A stretch of 64,000 nt of DNA from an uncultured Candidatus Saccharibacteria bacterium (GCA_964549935.1 CAZJVT010000001.1:91922-155921); one strand, 5' to 3'; positions 1 through 8,929 are shown, counted from the stretch's first letter. A program made the numbers and translations. Notes: generated by a model not told the origin, from the letters alone.

Positions 1-361
1 ATAGGAGCTCTAGTGATTTCTTTTTGTAATCCAGGGCTTACCTCGAAAGAATCTTTGCCCGCGATCTAGAAAAATTTGTATTAGCTCACGAAGGGACACC
101 GCAAGGAGTGTACGTAGTACACTTCGAGGATGTCCCGACAAAGAGATCATGCAAATTTGTCAGATCCCTCCGGGTTGCTGCCCGTTTCGCCGTCTGCAGT
201 GTTACGAGCGTCGAGCCGAAGCTCAAGCTTCTGTCTCGCCACTCGCGTCGCGCATACAGCGAAACGGACTAGCAACGCGGGGGAAAGATTCTTACGAGGT
301 GAGCCCTAATTATTTTTAGTAAAGGTCGTGCAAAAAGGGGAGCAACAATTTTTTTGAATCT

Positions 362-448
362 ATGAAAAAGAAAAAGGCAAAGAAAGTAGCAAAGCGCCGC
401 ACTGTAAAGAAGACCGCTAAGCGAAAGACTGCAAAGCGTCGTCGTTAG
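362..448 (+). CDS. Candidate tiny Lys/Arg-rich peptide (28 aa, MKKKKAKKVAKRRTVKKTAKRKTAKRRR) followed by a terminator
   Basis: ATG at 362 with an in-frame TAG at 446-448. A GC hairpin plus T-run follows at 455-482. It lies between an unexplained 360-nt noncoding stretch and the RNase J gene. There is no strong SD, and it is too short for the ORF track. Confidence 0.25.
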   Translation: MKKKKAKKVAKRRTVKKTAKRKTAKRRR

Positions 449-454
449 ACTCAA

Positions 455-482
455 ATCAAAAAGCCCCTCACGGGGCTTTTTG
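455..482 (+). terminator. Rho-independent terminator (caaaaagcccctcacggggctttttga)
   Basis: Perfect GC hairpin GCCCC/GGGGC flanked by an A-run and a T-run. It could act in both directions, ending the small ORF on + and rnj on -. Confidence 0.6.
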
Positions 483-590
483 ATTTGAAGGTGAGGTTCC
501 TCGGCTTCGGAATGACAGACGGGGGATGGGGGCTCTATCCCCGAAATCCCTCACCGCTGCTGCGGTCCCCTCCCTTTATAAAAGGGAGAA

Positions 591-2780
591 TTAGACTTCG
601 ATTATTACCGGAAGGATCATCGGGCGACGGAGCGTCTTGTTGTAGAGCGCTAAGCCAAGCTGATCGCGGATGATGCCTTTGATGTAATCGCTCTCCGCCT
701 CCTGGCGAACCTTGCTCTGGTTGACCTGGTTGACGAGCGTTTTTACCTTCATGCGGATATCGCTCATCAGCGTGCCCTGATCTTTCAGATAGATAAAGCC
801 GCGGCTGATGATATCCGGATTTTTTACGAGCTTACCGGTTTGTTTTTCGATAGTGCAGATGACGACGATCATGCCTTCCTGTGCGAGCAGTTTGCGGTCG
901 CGCAGTACGACGGCTTCAACATCACCGACACCGAGTCCGTCAACCATCACGTACGTTGAGTCGACGTGTTGTTCGGTTGGGCGAATACCGTTTTCGGTAA
1001 GTTCAACAATCTGTCCGTTGTCGACAACGATGACGCGGTCTTTCGGAATGCCGACGCTCTTCATGTTGTGATAGTTGGCGGCGCGCATATAAATGTGGCC
1101 GTGGACGGGGATGATGTACTTCGGCTTACAGAGCTTGGCGACGAGCGCTAAGTCTGGACCTGGGCAGTGACCCGAGGAGTGAATGTCTAAGTCGCTGTTG
1201 GTGTGTACTTCGGCACCCTGACGGACCAGGTTGTCTTTGACGGCCTGCACCGAACGCTCGTTACCCGGAATGACCGAGGAGCTAAAGATGACGGTGTCGG
1301 TAGTTTTAATTTTGACGTACTTGTGTTCGCCGTTGATGATACGCATCAAGCCGGCGTTTTCCTGACCCTGGGCACCAGTCGTTAGCACAAGGACTTTGTT
1401 GTCTTCGTACTTCTGGACCTCTTCGATTGGGATTAGCGAGCCGTTTTTGTAGGACAAGTAGCCAAGCTGACGGGCTATTTCGAGGTTGTCTTTCATCGAG
1501 CGGCCGTTGATGGCGACCTTGCGCCCGATTTTTTCGGCGATCTTAATGATTTCAGCTAGACGCTCGATCATCGAAGCGAAGGTGGAAAGAATGATACGGC
1601 CTTCGGACTTGAGGAAAAGTTTTTCGATGTTCTCGATAACAATTTCTTCGCTGACGGTGTGACCCTCTTCGTGGGCGTTGGTTGAGTCGATAAGGAGTGA
1701 GTGCACGCCCTGGGTGCCAAGCCACTCGTATTCCTGCAGGTTAAACGGATTGCCCGCGCGGTCGTACTCCAAACGGAAGTCGGCGAAGTGAACCATTTTA
1801 CCGGCCGGGGTTTCGAGCATGACACCAGTTGTATCCGGTACGGTGTGCGCGACGCCAAAGAACTCGGCGGTGAAGTGTTCGCTGATTTTTGAGCGGGTGT
1901 GGTTTTTGATAACCTCAAAGCGCATTTTCGGCGCATTCGGCATTTCGTCCAATCGCTTCTTCAAGATTTCACGGATAAGCTGGGTGCCGTAAATAACCGG
2001 GTTACCGAGTTTCTCAAGCACGTAGGGGACTGCGCCGAAGTGGTCGTAGTGCGCGTGCGTGATTATAAGGCCTTTGATGTTTTTCTTTTTCTTTTCCAGG
2101 TAGCTGATGTTCGGGATGATCCAGTCGATTCCCGGTGTGTCCTCTTCGGGGAACTGAATACCCATGTCGATGATAACGATCTCGTCGTTGTATTCAAAGA
2201 ACGAGCAGTTACGTCCAACCTCTTCGAGTCCGCCGAGCGGAATCCAGTAGAGCGTGTCGCGCTTGAGCGGGACATCTCCGGTTAAAGCACCTTCTTTTTT
2301 AATGAACTTGCGCTCGCTAAACATCGTGATCATCTGCTGGCGCGGCATTCGGTTGGTCCGGTTTTTAATCGGCTTGTTAGAAAGCTCGCGCGGGGTGATG
2401 CCACCCTTATCAATCTGCGGTCGGGCAGCGTGCTCCTGTGCGCGCTGGGCCTGGTGCTGCTTAGCCTCCGCATCGGTAAAGACGCGGCCACCGTCGATGT
2501 GGACGGCTCGGCGATTCGGCTGAATTTTAAACACCCCGGTTTTAATCGGCCTGCCCGCGTCGCCTTCGCTCGCGTGGCGGGCGGGCTGTGTCGGATTTTT
2601 TAATGCATTTTCTGCATCGCTGCCAAGAAGCGGCTTGCTGTTGGTGACAGAATGCGGAAGCTGCGGCTTAACCGGTCCACGGCTGACGATTGAACGGAAG
2701 CGCGGACGGTTGTTGTTGCGCCCGCCATGATTTTGCGCGGGCTTGCCCGCCGAGGCGGGTTTGTTTGTATTGGGAGTCAT
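591..2780 (-). CDS. rnj: Ribonuclease J (metallo-beta-lactamase/beta-CASP RNase) with a roughly 150-aa basic low-complexity N-terminal extension
   Basis: HAHYDHFG (HxHxDH) motif and the beta-CASP region are present. The core starts near ...LYWIPLGGLEEVGRNCSFFEY. The N-terminal 150 aa are rich in R/K/P/N/Q, and the true start may be internal. Confidence 0.88.
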   Translation of the reverse strand: MTPNTNKPASAGKPAQNHGGRNNNRPRFRSIVSRGPVKPQLPHSVTNSKPLLGSDAENALKNPTQPARHASEGDAGRPIKTGVFKIQPNRRAVHIDGGRVFTDAEAKQHQAQRAQEHAARPQIDKGGITPRELSNKPIKNRTNRMPRQQMITMFSERKFIKKEGALTGDVPLKRDTLYWIPLGGLEEVGRNCSFFEYNDEIVIIDMGIQFPEEDTPGIDWIIPNISYLEKKKKNIKGLIITHAHYDHFGAVPYVLEKLGNPVIYGTQLIREILKKRLDEMPNAPKMRFEVIKNHTRSKISEHFTAEFFGVAHTVPDTTGVMLETPAGKMVHFADFRLEYDRAGNPFNLQEYEWLGTQGVHSLLIDSTNAHEEGHTVSEEIVIENIEKLFLKSEGRIILSTFASMIERLAEIIKIAEKIGRKVAINGRSMKDNLEIARQLGYLSYKNGSLIPIEEVQKYEDNKVLVLTTGAQGQENAGLMRIINGEHKYVKIKTTDTVIFSSSVIPGNERSVQAVKDNLVRQGAEVHTNSDLDIHSSGHCPGPDLALVAKLCKPKYIIPVHGHIYMRAANYHNMKSVGIPKDRVIVVDNGQIVELTENGIRPTEQHVDSTYVMVDGLGVGDVEAVVLRDRKLLAQEGMIVVICTIEKQTGKLVKNPDIISRGFIYLKDQGTLMSDIRMKVKTLVNQVNQSKVRQEAESDYIKGIIRDQLGLALYNKTLRRPMILPVIIEV

Positions 2781-2901
2781 TAGATTAATTAATATTTTTA
2801 AATTACTTTGTTGATATTGAGTTCAGGGTGACGTGAACCAGAACAAGTACGGTTCACGTCTACCCCGAACCGTGTGCGCTTTGCGCGCTCTGGTTCTGGG
2901 G

Positions 2902-2983
2902 TGCCCGGGGTGGGACTTGAACCCACATGAGTTGCCTCGTACGCACCTGAAGCGTATGCGTCTGCCAATTTCGCCACCCGGGC
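2902..2983 (-). tRNA. tRNA-Leu (anticodon CAG), long variable arm
   Basis: Reverse complement reads GCCCGGG...GTGGGTTCAAGTCCCACCCCGGGCA. It has a 7-bp acceptor stem, a TTCAAGT T-loop and an anticodon loop TTCAGGT with anticodon CAG. Its 82-nt length is consistent with a class II tRNA. Confidence 0.85.
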
Positions 2984-2988
2984 ATTGC

Positions 2989-4050
2989 TTACAAACCTTT
3001 CTGCTTTGCGAGATCCTTGGTCTTGTTTACTACCTCAAGTCCCAGGGGATTGCGATTGTGCTGCGCTGCTGTGAAAAGTCCCAGCCACTGCGCCACCACT
3101 ATCCCATTCGCCGTCACCTCCAAAGGAGTCTTTCCGGGGACCTGTATAGTTTCTGATGCAATGCCGTACTCGTCAAGCGTTGCCGCGGTGAGTTCGAATT
3201 CTTGTTTTTTAGTCTTGTATTCCGCCTCGCTGGTTATAAAAAGGGCGAAAAGATTTTTCGGTTTTGTTTCTATTAAATTTAATTCGTTGTGATTAACTTC
3301 GGGAATCGTATTAGCAAAGGCGAGTGCCTTGCCGGTTTCGGTGATACTGATTTTTACGATTTGCCCGAGGTGAGAAAGCTGCTGTGTTGAATATACTAAA
3401 ACGGTTTTCCCAGACATCCGCGCGGCTATCTTTTCGGCGCGTTTCGCAAACCAGTTAGAATCAATCTGCGCGGAGAGGTCGGGAATTGTTAGGCGGGGGA
3501 ATACGGATTTCAGAATACTAAGTGCTGCGTAGAGCGTGAGCCCATATGCTTGCCGAGGCTGGAGCGTACTAGCTGCACTAAATGTTGCGTGCGCTAGCTG
3601 TTTCGCTCGGGCCTGTTCTAAGAGTGTTCCGCCACCAGCAACAACCGCGACGAGCCTTTTCGCTTTAAGGGCTTTTTGGAAGCCATCAAGCGTTTCGCGA
3701 GTATTGCCGGAGAAAGAAACTGCTATAAAGAGGGGATTTTTATAAGGAAGATTCGGGAGTCCCGAGTCCTTCCATGTCAAAACCGGTATATCTACAATAG
3801 CATAGTCTGCAATATTTTGCAAGACCCCACCCGGCGTTCCGGAGCCGCCCATGCCTAAAAAGACTATAGAATCAGGCTTTTTGGCCTTTACCGCCTTCCA
3901 CAAAGAGGCTAGATTTCCGGTCTTTATGCGCCCCAAAGTCAACTGCTCCGGGAACGCCAAAAGGTTCTTTTTAAAGAGATTTTGATCGGGGGTGAGGGGC
4001 ATAAATACTAGAGATTTACTGCAGCAGGAAACGAATTGTAAAATAGACAA
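2989..4050 (-). CDS. SIS-domain sugar isomerase resembling archaeal-type bifunctional phosphoglucose/phosphomannose isomerase (PGI/PMI)
   Basis: GMGGSG SIS motif with a two-SIS-domain architecture in about 340 aa. An alternative start is at MPLTPDQ (4002). Confidence 0.55.
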   Translation of the reverse strand: MSILQFVSCCSKSLVFMPLTPDQNLFKKNLLAFPEQLTLGRIKTGNLASLWKAVKAKKPDSIVFLGMGGSGTPGGVLQNIADYAIVDIPVLTWKDSGLPNLPYKNPLFIAVSFSGNTRETLDGFQKALKAKRLVAVVAGGGTLLEQARAKQLAHATFSAASTLQPRQAYGLTLYAALSILKSVFPRLTIPDLSAQIDSNWFAKRAEKIAARMSGKTVLVYSTQQLSHLGQIVKISITETGKALAFANTIPEVNHNELNLIETKPKNLFALFITSEAEYKTKKQEFELTAATLDEYGIASETIQVPGKTPLEVTANGIVVAQWLGLFTAAQHNRNPLGLEVVNKTKDLAKQKGL

Positions 4051-4192
4051 TCAACAGTAGGCCTAAAAATGCTAAGCCGAGATGCCATTGCTTCTTAGGG
4101 AAGGCTCGAAAATAACCAATAAAGATGAGTGCGATAAACCCGCAGGCAATAAGTAGGAGCAGAAGCGCCGAAGGCGAAAACATCACCATATT

Positions 4193-5875
4193 TTATTGCG
4201 GTTGAGTGCTGCTCGAATCCTTAAACACGCGGGCGGTTTTGAGGTACCACTCGTAGACATTGGCGAGGCGATCAGCCGGAGTGGCGATCATCGGACGGGC
4301 GACGCCACCGAGGTCGGTCGGCGCGGCGTACAAGTAGAGTGGGGAGTAGAGGAAGATGGCCGGCTTGTCGGTAAAGAGCTGTGTTTGAATTTTGGCGAGC
4401 GCGTCGGCGCGTGCCGGCAGGTCGAAGGTCGAGCGGGCGAGCTCGATGAGCTTGTCGACGTTTTTGTTGTTATACATCGCAAGGTTTAACCCCGGCGCAT
4501 ACTGCTGGCTGCTGTGCCAGAAGGAGAAGAGGTCGCTGTTGCCGCGCAGAATGTTGCCGAAGAGTAAAATCTGATACGCGCGCGGTGTGACGGCCTTGGC
4601 CTCTATCTCATCAGTATCAATCGTGATAATACTGACCTTTACGCCGATGGCCTGCCACTGTTGCTTGATAAGGTCGGCGGTCTGCGTAAGGAAGGGAAGA
4701 TTCGGCGTGGTGATTTGCAAGTCGAGGCGCTGGGTCGTTTTGCCGACGGTGCGGGTTTGAACGCCGTCTGCACCGATACGCCATCCTTGTTTTGCCAGCA
4801 GCGCCTTGGCCTCCTCGGCAGAGGAGTGGTCGGTTTCGTAGGTCGAGCTAGCGTAGTCAGTCATTTGCGCTCCCAGCGGACCGGCAATCGGCGTGGCTGC
4901 ATCACTGAAGACCTCGCTGATGATTGCGTTACGATCGGTGGCGAGCGTGAGCGCGGTGCGCACAGTTACGTCTTTAAGCACCGGGTTGACGGTCGGATTG
5001 AAGAAGGCGCCGTAGTACTGGGGGAGCGGGAGCTTGATGAGCGAGTGGTTGATTTTTAGTTCGTCGACGCTTTCCGGGCTGATGCCTCCGAGGCCATCGA
5101 TTTGCTTTTGGTTGAAAGCAATAATCGCATCCTGGTAGGTCGAGAAGAAGGCAAAGTTAATTTTTTCGATGAGCGCGCGAGTGCCGGGGTAGTTGTTGTT
5201 TGCAGTGACGTTGTAGTGCGTGATGTAGCCGTCGTTCTTTTTTTCGAAACTAGTGAAATTGTACGGGCCGCTGGTAACCGGCTTGATGTTGTAGTCGGAG
5301 AGGCGGATGTTGCTGATGGGAATGTTTTCGAAAACGTGTGCCGGGGCGATACGCAACTCTTTAAGCGCATCGGCGAAGTAGCTGTACGGGGCTTTGAGCG
5401 TGAAACGAACCTGGAGTTCACTGACGCGTTCAACGGTCACACCCTGCCAGCTGTTGAAGAGTGAGCTACCGGCGTCCGGGTGTTGGATGGTGTGAATAGT
5501 GAAAACGACGTCGTCGCTGGTAATCGGTTTGTCGTCACTCCAAACCATGTCTGTCTTGAGCGTCAGGAGCCAGACCTTGCCGGTCGAGCTGGTGGCGTAG
5601 CGCTCCGTCAGCGTGCCCAGGTCGGCAAACAATGCCGTGACCAGGTCGCGGTCGACAGGTGAGCTTCCTATATACATCGGGTTAATGGCGGTCGGTTGTC
5701 CGACGAGGCCTTCAGTGTATTCGCCGCCGCGGGCCGGAGCGATTGTCGTATGCAGTGTCAGGAGATTCCAGGTGGTGATGATACCGCTTGCCGCCGCAAT
5801 GACTGCGAAGGTGTAAAACACTCCGCGCTCCGTAGCGGTCAAAGTCTTAAAAAGGCGAATGAGGTAGCTTAGCAT
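4193..5875 (-). CDS. ABC transporter substrate-binding protein, family 5 (oligopeptide/dipeptide OppA/DppA-like), N-terminal membrane anchor
   Basis: 560 aa with an N-terminal hydrophobic segment and the family-5 SBP fold signature region. Confidence 0.7.
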   Translation of the reverse strand: MLSYLIRLFKTLTATERGVFYTFAVIAAASGIITTWNLLTLHTTIAPARGGEYTEGLVGQPTAINPMYIGSSPVDRDLVTALFADLGTLTERYATSSTGKVWLLTLKTDMVWSDDKPITSDDVVFTIHTIQHPDAGSSLFNSWQGVTVERVSELQVRFTLKAPYSYFADALKELRIAPAHVFENIPISNIRLSDYNIKPVTSGPYNFTSFEKKNDGYITHYNVTANNNYPGTRALIEKINFAFFSTYQDAIIAFNQKQIDGLGGISPESVDELKINHSLIKLPLPQYYGAFFNPTVNPVLKDVTVRTALTLATDRNAIISEVFSDAATPIAGPLGAQMTDYASSTYETDHSSAEEAKALLAKQGWRIGADGVQTRTVGKTTQRLDLQITTPNLPFLTQTADLIKQQWQAIGVKVSIITIDTDEIEAKAVTPRAYQILLFGNILRGNSDLFSFWHSSQQYAPGLNLAMYNNKNVDKLIELARSTFDLPARADALAKIQTQLFTDKPAIFLYSPLYLYAAPTDLGGVARPMIATPADRLANVYEWYLKTARVFKDSSSTQPQ

Positions 5876-5965
5876 AGTAGTTAGTAGACAGTAGTCAGTA
5901 GTTAGGCCTTAGAAATAGGGTACCACGGGTTCGGGCCCTCCTGTCTACTGTCTACTAGCCCCTGT

Positions 5966-6322
5966 CTACTGTTTTACGGTGCTCGTGCCGGGGACGATGT
6001 TGATCTGCTGGCCCTTGATAGGCTCCGGCAAGGTCGTCGTCGCGGTCGCGGTCGTGCTGGTTGCCGTGACCGAAGTGTCCGGTGCTACCGGAGACGGGTG
6101 GTAAAAGAGGCTGGCGAGTGCGAGTCCGGCAAAGACAACGATTAAGACGACGGTCAGCCAGTAAAAGGCTCGCTCAAGTCCGCGGCGCTGCTGGTAAAAG
6201 CCGCCACCCCCGCCACCGCCACCCAAAAAGCCCGAGACATCACTGTCGCGCTGCTGGAGGAGGATAAGGATGATAAGAGCAACAGAAACAACGATCTGGG
6301 CGATGATAATAGCTTGCTGCAT
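5966..6322 (-). CDS. secG: Preprotein translocase subunit SecG with a Ser/Thr-rich C-terminal extension
   Basis: Two TM segments flank a Gly-rich loop (FLGGGGGGGGF), typical of SecG. Confidence 0.65.
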   Translation of the reverse strand: MQQAIIIAQIVVSVALIILILLQQRDSDVSGFLGGGGGGGGFYQQRRGLERAFYWLTVVLIVVFAGLALASLFYHPSPVAPDTSVTATSTTATATTTLPEPIKGQQINIVPGTSTVKQ

Positions 6323-6342
6323 AAAGGGGATGGTGCGAGGAC

Positions 6343-6699
6343 CTATGATTTCGGTCGGTGCACGATATGAATAAGTACGTTGACGATAGTTATAATAAGT
6401 GTGCCCGCTACGAGTGCCGGCAATCCATTGATAGTAAGGTTTTGGCTGTACAAGTCAAGGATGTACAGTAGGGCGCCGGTAATAACCAGGTTAAAAAGAC
6501 CGAAGGTCAGTAGGATGAGCGGGCCAAGGAAGAAGCGGATCAGCGGCTTGATAACGACGTTTAAAACCGTGAAAACGCCGACCAGAGCGGCAAAGGCCTC
6601 CAAGTTCGAAAGGCTAAGATTGAAGCCGGCGATAAAATAGGCACTCGCGGCTATGGCGATTGCGTTACCGATAAGGCTCCAGATGAGTTGGACGAGCAT
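6343..6699 (-). CDS. Small 4-TM membrane protein of the DUF360/phage-holin-4-like family
   Basis: 118 aa with four hydrophobic helices and IKPL..LGPL..LLTFGLFNLV motifs like those of PF04020. Confidence 0.4.
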   Translation of the reverse strand: MLVQLIWSLIGNAIAIAASAYFIAGFNLSLSNLEAFAALVGVFTVLNVVIKPLIRFFLGPLILLTFGLFNLVITGALLYILDLYSQNLTINGLPALVAGTLIITIVNVLIHIVHRPKS

Positions 6700-6780
6700 A
6701 TGTTTAGTTTAACACGGGGCGGGGGGAACAGGCGGAGTGGCGTCATCATCGAGATGACACCACTCCAGCGGAGAAGACGA

Positions 6781-7026
6781 TCAGCCGTTGAACTTCGGCT
6801 CTTCGTCCTTCTCGTCCAAGCCCATGATGCGTCGCTCCCAAGATGTCGGGGGCGCCCACACGTCATAGGCTTGATCTGGCTGCGGCGGGGGTTCGACAGG
6901 GCGTTCGTGACGGTCGAGTCGCGGTCCAATCGGACGCAGCGATTTGACCGCGTCTTGCGCCTTCTTCAGCGCGCGGAAGCGCTTCGAACGTTGCCGAGTG
7001 CTGGACGGCTTCTTCTTTCCGGTCAT
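6781..7026 (-). CDS. Hypothetical basic/Pro-rich protein (81 aa) with a strong Shine-Dalgarno
   Basis: AAAGAGGAGGTG lies 6 nt upstream of the ATG on the minus strand. It is co-directional with the membrane protein and secG downstream. Confidence 0.5.
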   Translation of the reverse strand: MTGKKKPSSTRQRSKRFRALKKAQDAVKSLRPIGPRLDRHERPVEPPPQPDQAYDVWAPPTSWERRIMGLDEKDEEPKFNG

Positions 7027-7096
7027 GCGTACACCTCCTCTTTTTAGAGTAACAGCTTGCGCCCGCGTGTCAAAGGGAGGGGGCGGCCAAGGAAGA

Positions 7097-7116
7097 ATAT
7101 CTCATATATGATATAT
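7097..7116. promoter_or_regulatory. Near-palindromic operator-like site ATATcTCATATATGAtATAT (variant of ATATCATATATGATAT)
   Basis: Read directly; there is one mismatched pair. It is the first of two sites upstream of the HTH-murA gene. Confidence 0.45.
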
Positions 7117-7179
7117 TCCTGGAGGTAGAAAGCAGATTTAGCCCTATTATCAGCAGTTATCCACTTAGAATTACCAGAT

Positions 7180-7199
7180 TTATATCATATATGATATAA
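7180..7199. promoter_or_regulatory. Perfect 20-bp palindrome TTATATCATATATGATATAA (core ATATCATATATGATAT)
   Basis: Read directly. The same 16-bp core recurs at 19244, 37947 and (as a variant) 7097. Confidence 0.5.
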
Positions 7200-7245
7200 T
7201 GTACGAACTATGCCAAAACAAGCAAAAACACCACTTTCACCGTTT

Positions 7246-7379
7246 CCCCGTAGTACAAACTCGGTGTTTGCGCTTTGCGCTAAACATTTCAGAGCCAATT
7301 AAATTTTTCCTGCAATACCTTTTTACCAACATAATTTATTTCTACTTGTCCGAGCCGAGTTTGACTCCAAGGGCAGGCA
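7246..7379 (+). promoter_or_regulatory. Conserved 5' leader upstream of HTH-murA: block1 CCCCGTAGTACAAACTCGGTGTTTGCGCT and block2 CCGAGTTTGACTCCAAGGGCAGGCA
   Basis: Both blocks recur in gene orientation upstream of msrA (38500-38633 on the minus strand). The blocks contain mutually complementary CAAACTCGG/CCGAGTTTG segments. Confidence 0.5.
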
Positions 7380-7385
7380 CGCCAC

Positions 7386-8918
7386 ATGAAAAATACTAAA
7401 ACACCTTTGTCGGCATTTCATTCAAAAATTGGCAAACTGATTGAGGCGTTCCGTGAGCGCGGTGGATTAACGCAAGCTGAGCTCGCGAAGTTGCTCGGCA
7501 CCAGTCAGAGCGCTTTGGCGCGTATGGAGGACGGCGAACAAAACTTTACCGTCGAGACGCTGGAAAAAATCTCCAGTGCTCTCAAGCGCGACTTAGTCAC
7601 GCTTTCAAAAGGCACGGTTGATTTCGAAATTGAGGGCGGACACGCGCTACACGGGAGCGTCGTCACAAAAACTAGCAAAAACGCGGCCGTTGGCTTGCTC
7701 TGTGCGGCGCTGCTCAATCAAAACGCCACGACGCTTAAGAATATGCCGAAGATTGAAGAGGTGAAGCGCCTCATCGAGGTGCTAAAGAGCATCGGTGTCG
7801 CAGTTGAGTGGGTGGGTAATGATCTGGTAATTAATCCGCCGAAGAAATTAGAGCTCGAAAAGATGAACATCGAAGCAGCGATTAAAACTCGCAGCATTAT
7901 TATGTTTATCGGTCCGCTCATTCACCGCTTCAAAGAGTTTTCGTTGCCGCAGGTTGGGGGATGCAAACTTGGGAGTCGCACAGTGCGTCCGCACTTTTTC
8001 GCGCTCGAGAAATTAGGTGTAACTATCGAAGCAAAAAAGGATAGTTATATTGTGAAGCATAAGGGGCTGAAGCCGGCAGAGATTGTTTTATACGAATCCG
8101 GCGACACTGTCACCGAAAATGTTTTGATGGCTGCCGCGCTCATTCCGGGCACGACGACGATTAAGTTTGCCTCGGCAAATTATCAGGTGCAGGACATGTG
8201 TTTCTTTTTGGAATCACTCGGCGTCAAAATCGAGGGGATCGGCACGACGACCCTCGTTGTCCATGGAGTGAAAGAGATAAACAAAAATATTGTTTACTCT
8301 CCGAGCGAGGACCCAATTGAATCGATGTTTTTCATTGCCGCCGCTGCGGTTACGAACTCTTCGATTACCATCAAGCGCTGCCCGATAGACTTTTTGGAGC
8401 TGGAGCTTTTGAAGTTAGAAAAAATGGGTTGGAAGTTTACGCTTTCAAAGCCGTACAAGGCGGCGAACGGCCACACTAACTTGGTAGACATTAAAACAAT
8501 GCCGAGTAAGCTCGTCGCGCTCGAAGAAAAGCTCGAGGCGCGCCCGTATCCGGGTTTAAACATCGACAACCTGCCATTTTTCGCGGTCATTGCCACGCAG
8601 GCTGAAGGAAGGACTCTGATTCACGACTGGGTCTACGAAAAACGCGCTATCTATTATACAGAGCTCGACAAGCTCGGCGCCAACACCGTTTTGGCGGATC
8701 CACACCGTGTATTTATCCAGGGCGCTACACCGCTTCGGGCCGCGCAGGTGGTTTGTCCGCCGGCGCTGCGTCCCGCGACGATTATTTTAATCGGTATGCT
8801 GGCCGCCAAGGGTACAAGTATTTTGCGCAACGTCTACTCAATCAATCGTGGTTACGAGGATTTGGCGAATAGATTGAATGAACTGGGGGCGAAGATAAAA
8901 GTGTTGCGGGAGGAGTAG
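7386..8918 (+). CDS. murA: Fusion of an XRE-family helix-turn-helix domain with UDP-N-acetylglucosamine 1-carboxyvinyltransferase (MurA)
   Basis: N-terminal 75 aa match an XRE HTH (GLTQAELAKLLGTSQSALARME). The remainder aligns to MurA, including the catalytic Cys loop (QVGGCKLGSRTVRPH) and the C-terminal RGYEDLANRLNELGAKI region. Confidence 0.85.
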   Translation: MKNTKTPLSAFHSKIGKLIEAFRERGGLTQAELAKLLGTSQSALARMEDGEQNFTVETLEKISSALKRDLVTLSKGTVDFEIEGGHALHGSVVTKTSKNAAVGLLCAALLNQNATTLKNMPKIEEVKRLIEVLKSIGVAVEWVGNDLVINPPKKLELEKMNIEAAIKTRSIIMFIGPLIHRFKEFSLPQVGGCKLGSRTVRPHFFALEKLGVTIEAKKDSYIVKHKGLKPAEIVLYESGDTVTENVLMAAALIPGTTTIKFASANYQVQDMCFFLESLGVKIEGIGTTTLVVHGVKEINKNIVYSPSEDPIESMFFIAAAAVTNSSITIKRCPIDFLELELLKLEKMGWKFTLSKPYKAANGHTNLVDIKTMPSKLVALEEKLEARPYPGLNIDNLPFFAVIATQAEGRTLIHDWVYEKRAIYYTELDKLGANTVLADPHRVFIQGATPLRAAQVVCPPALRPATIILIGMLAAKGTSILRNVYSINRGYEDLANRLNELGAKIKVLREE

Positions 8919-8929
8919 GTCGTAGCATG

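Noticed and set aside
808-2523. Multiple ORFs antisense to or overlapping rnj (808..1071, 1899..2285 and others)
   Set aside because: They are embedded in a well-supported long CDS and have an atypical composition. The same applies to the antisense ORFs inside mreB, VanW, the Aas-like gene, res and others listed in the track.
2833-3156. 107-aa ORF on the plus strand
   Set aside because: It overlaps the tRNA-Leu gene and the 3' end of the SIS isomerase gene on the other strand. It is a shadow ORF.
6700-7050. ORF 6688..7047 (+) and ORF 6651..6929 (-)
   Set aside because: They overlap the minus-strand 81-aa ORF, which has a perfect SD. That ORF is preferred.
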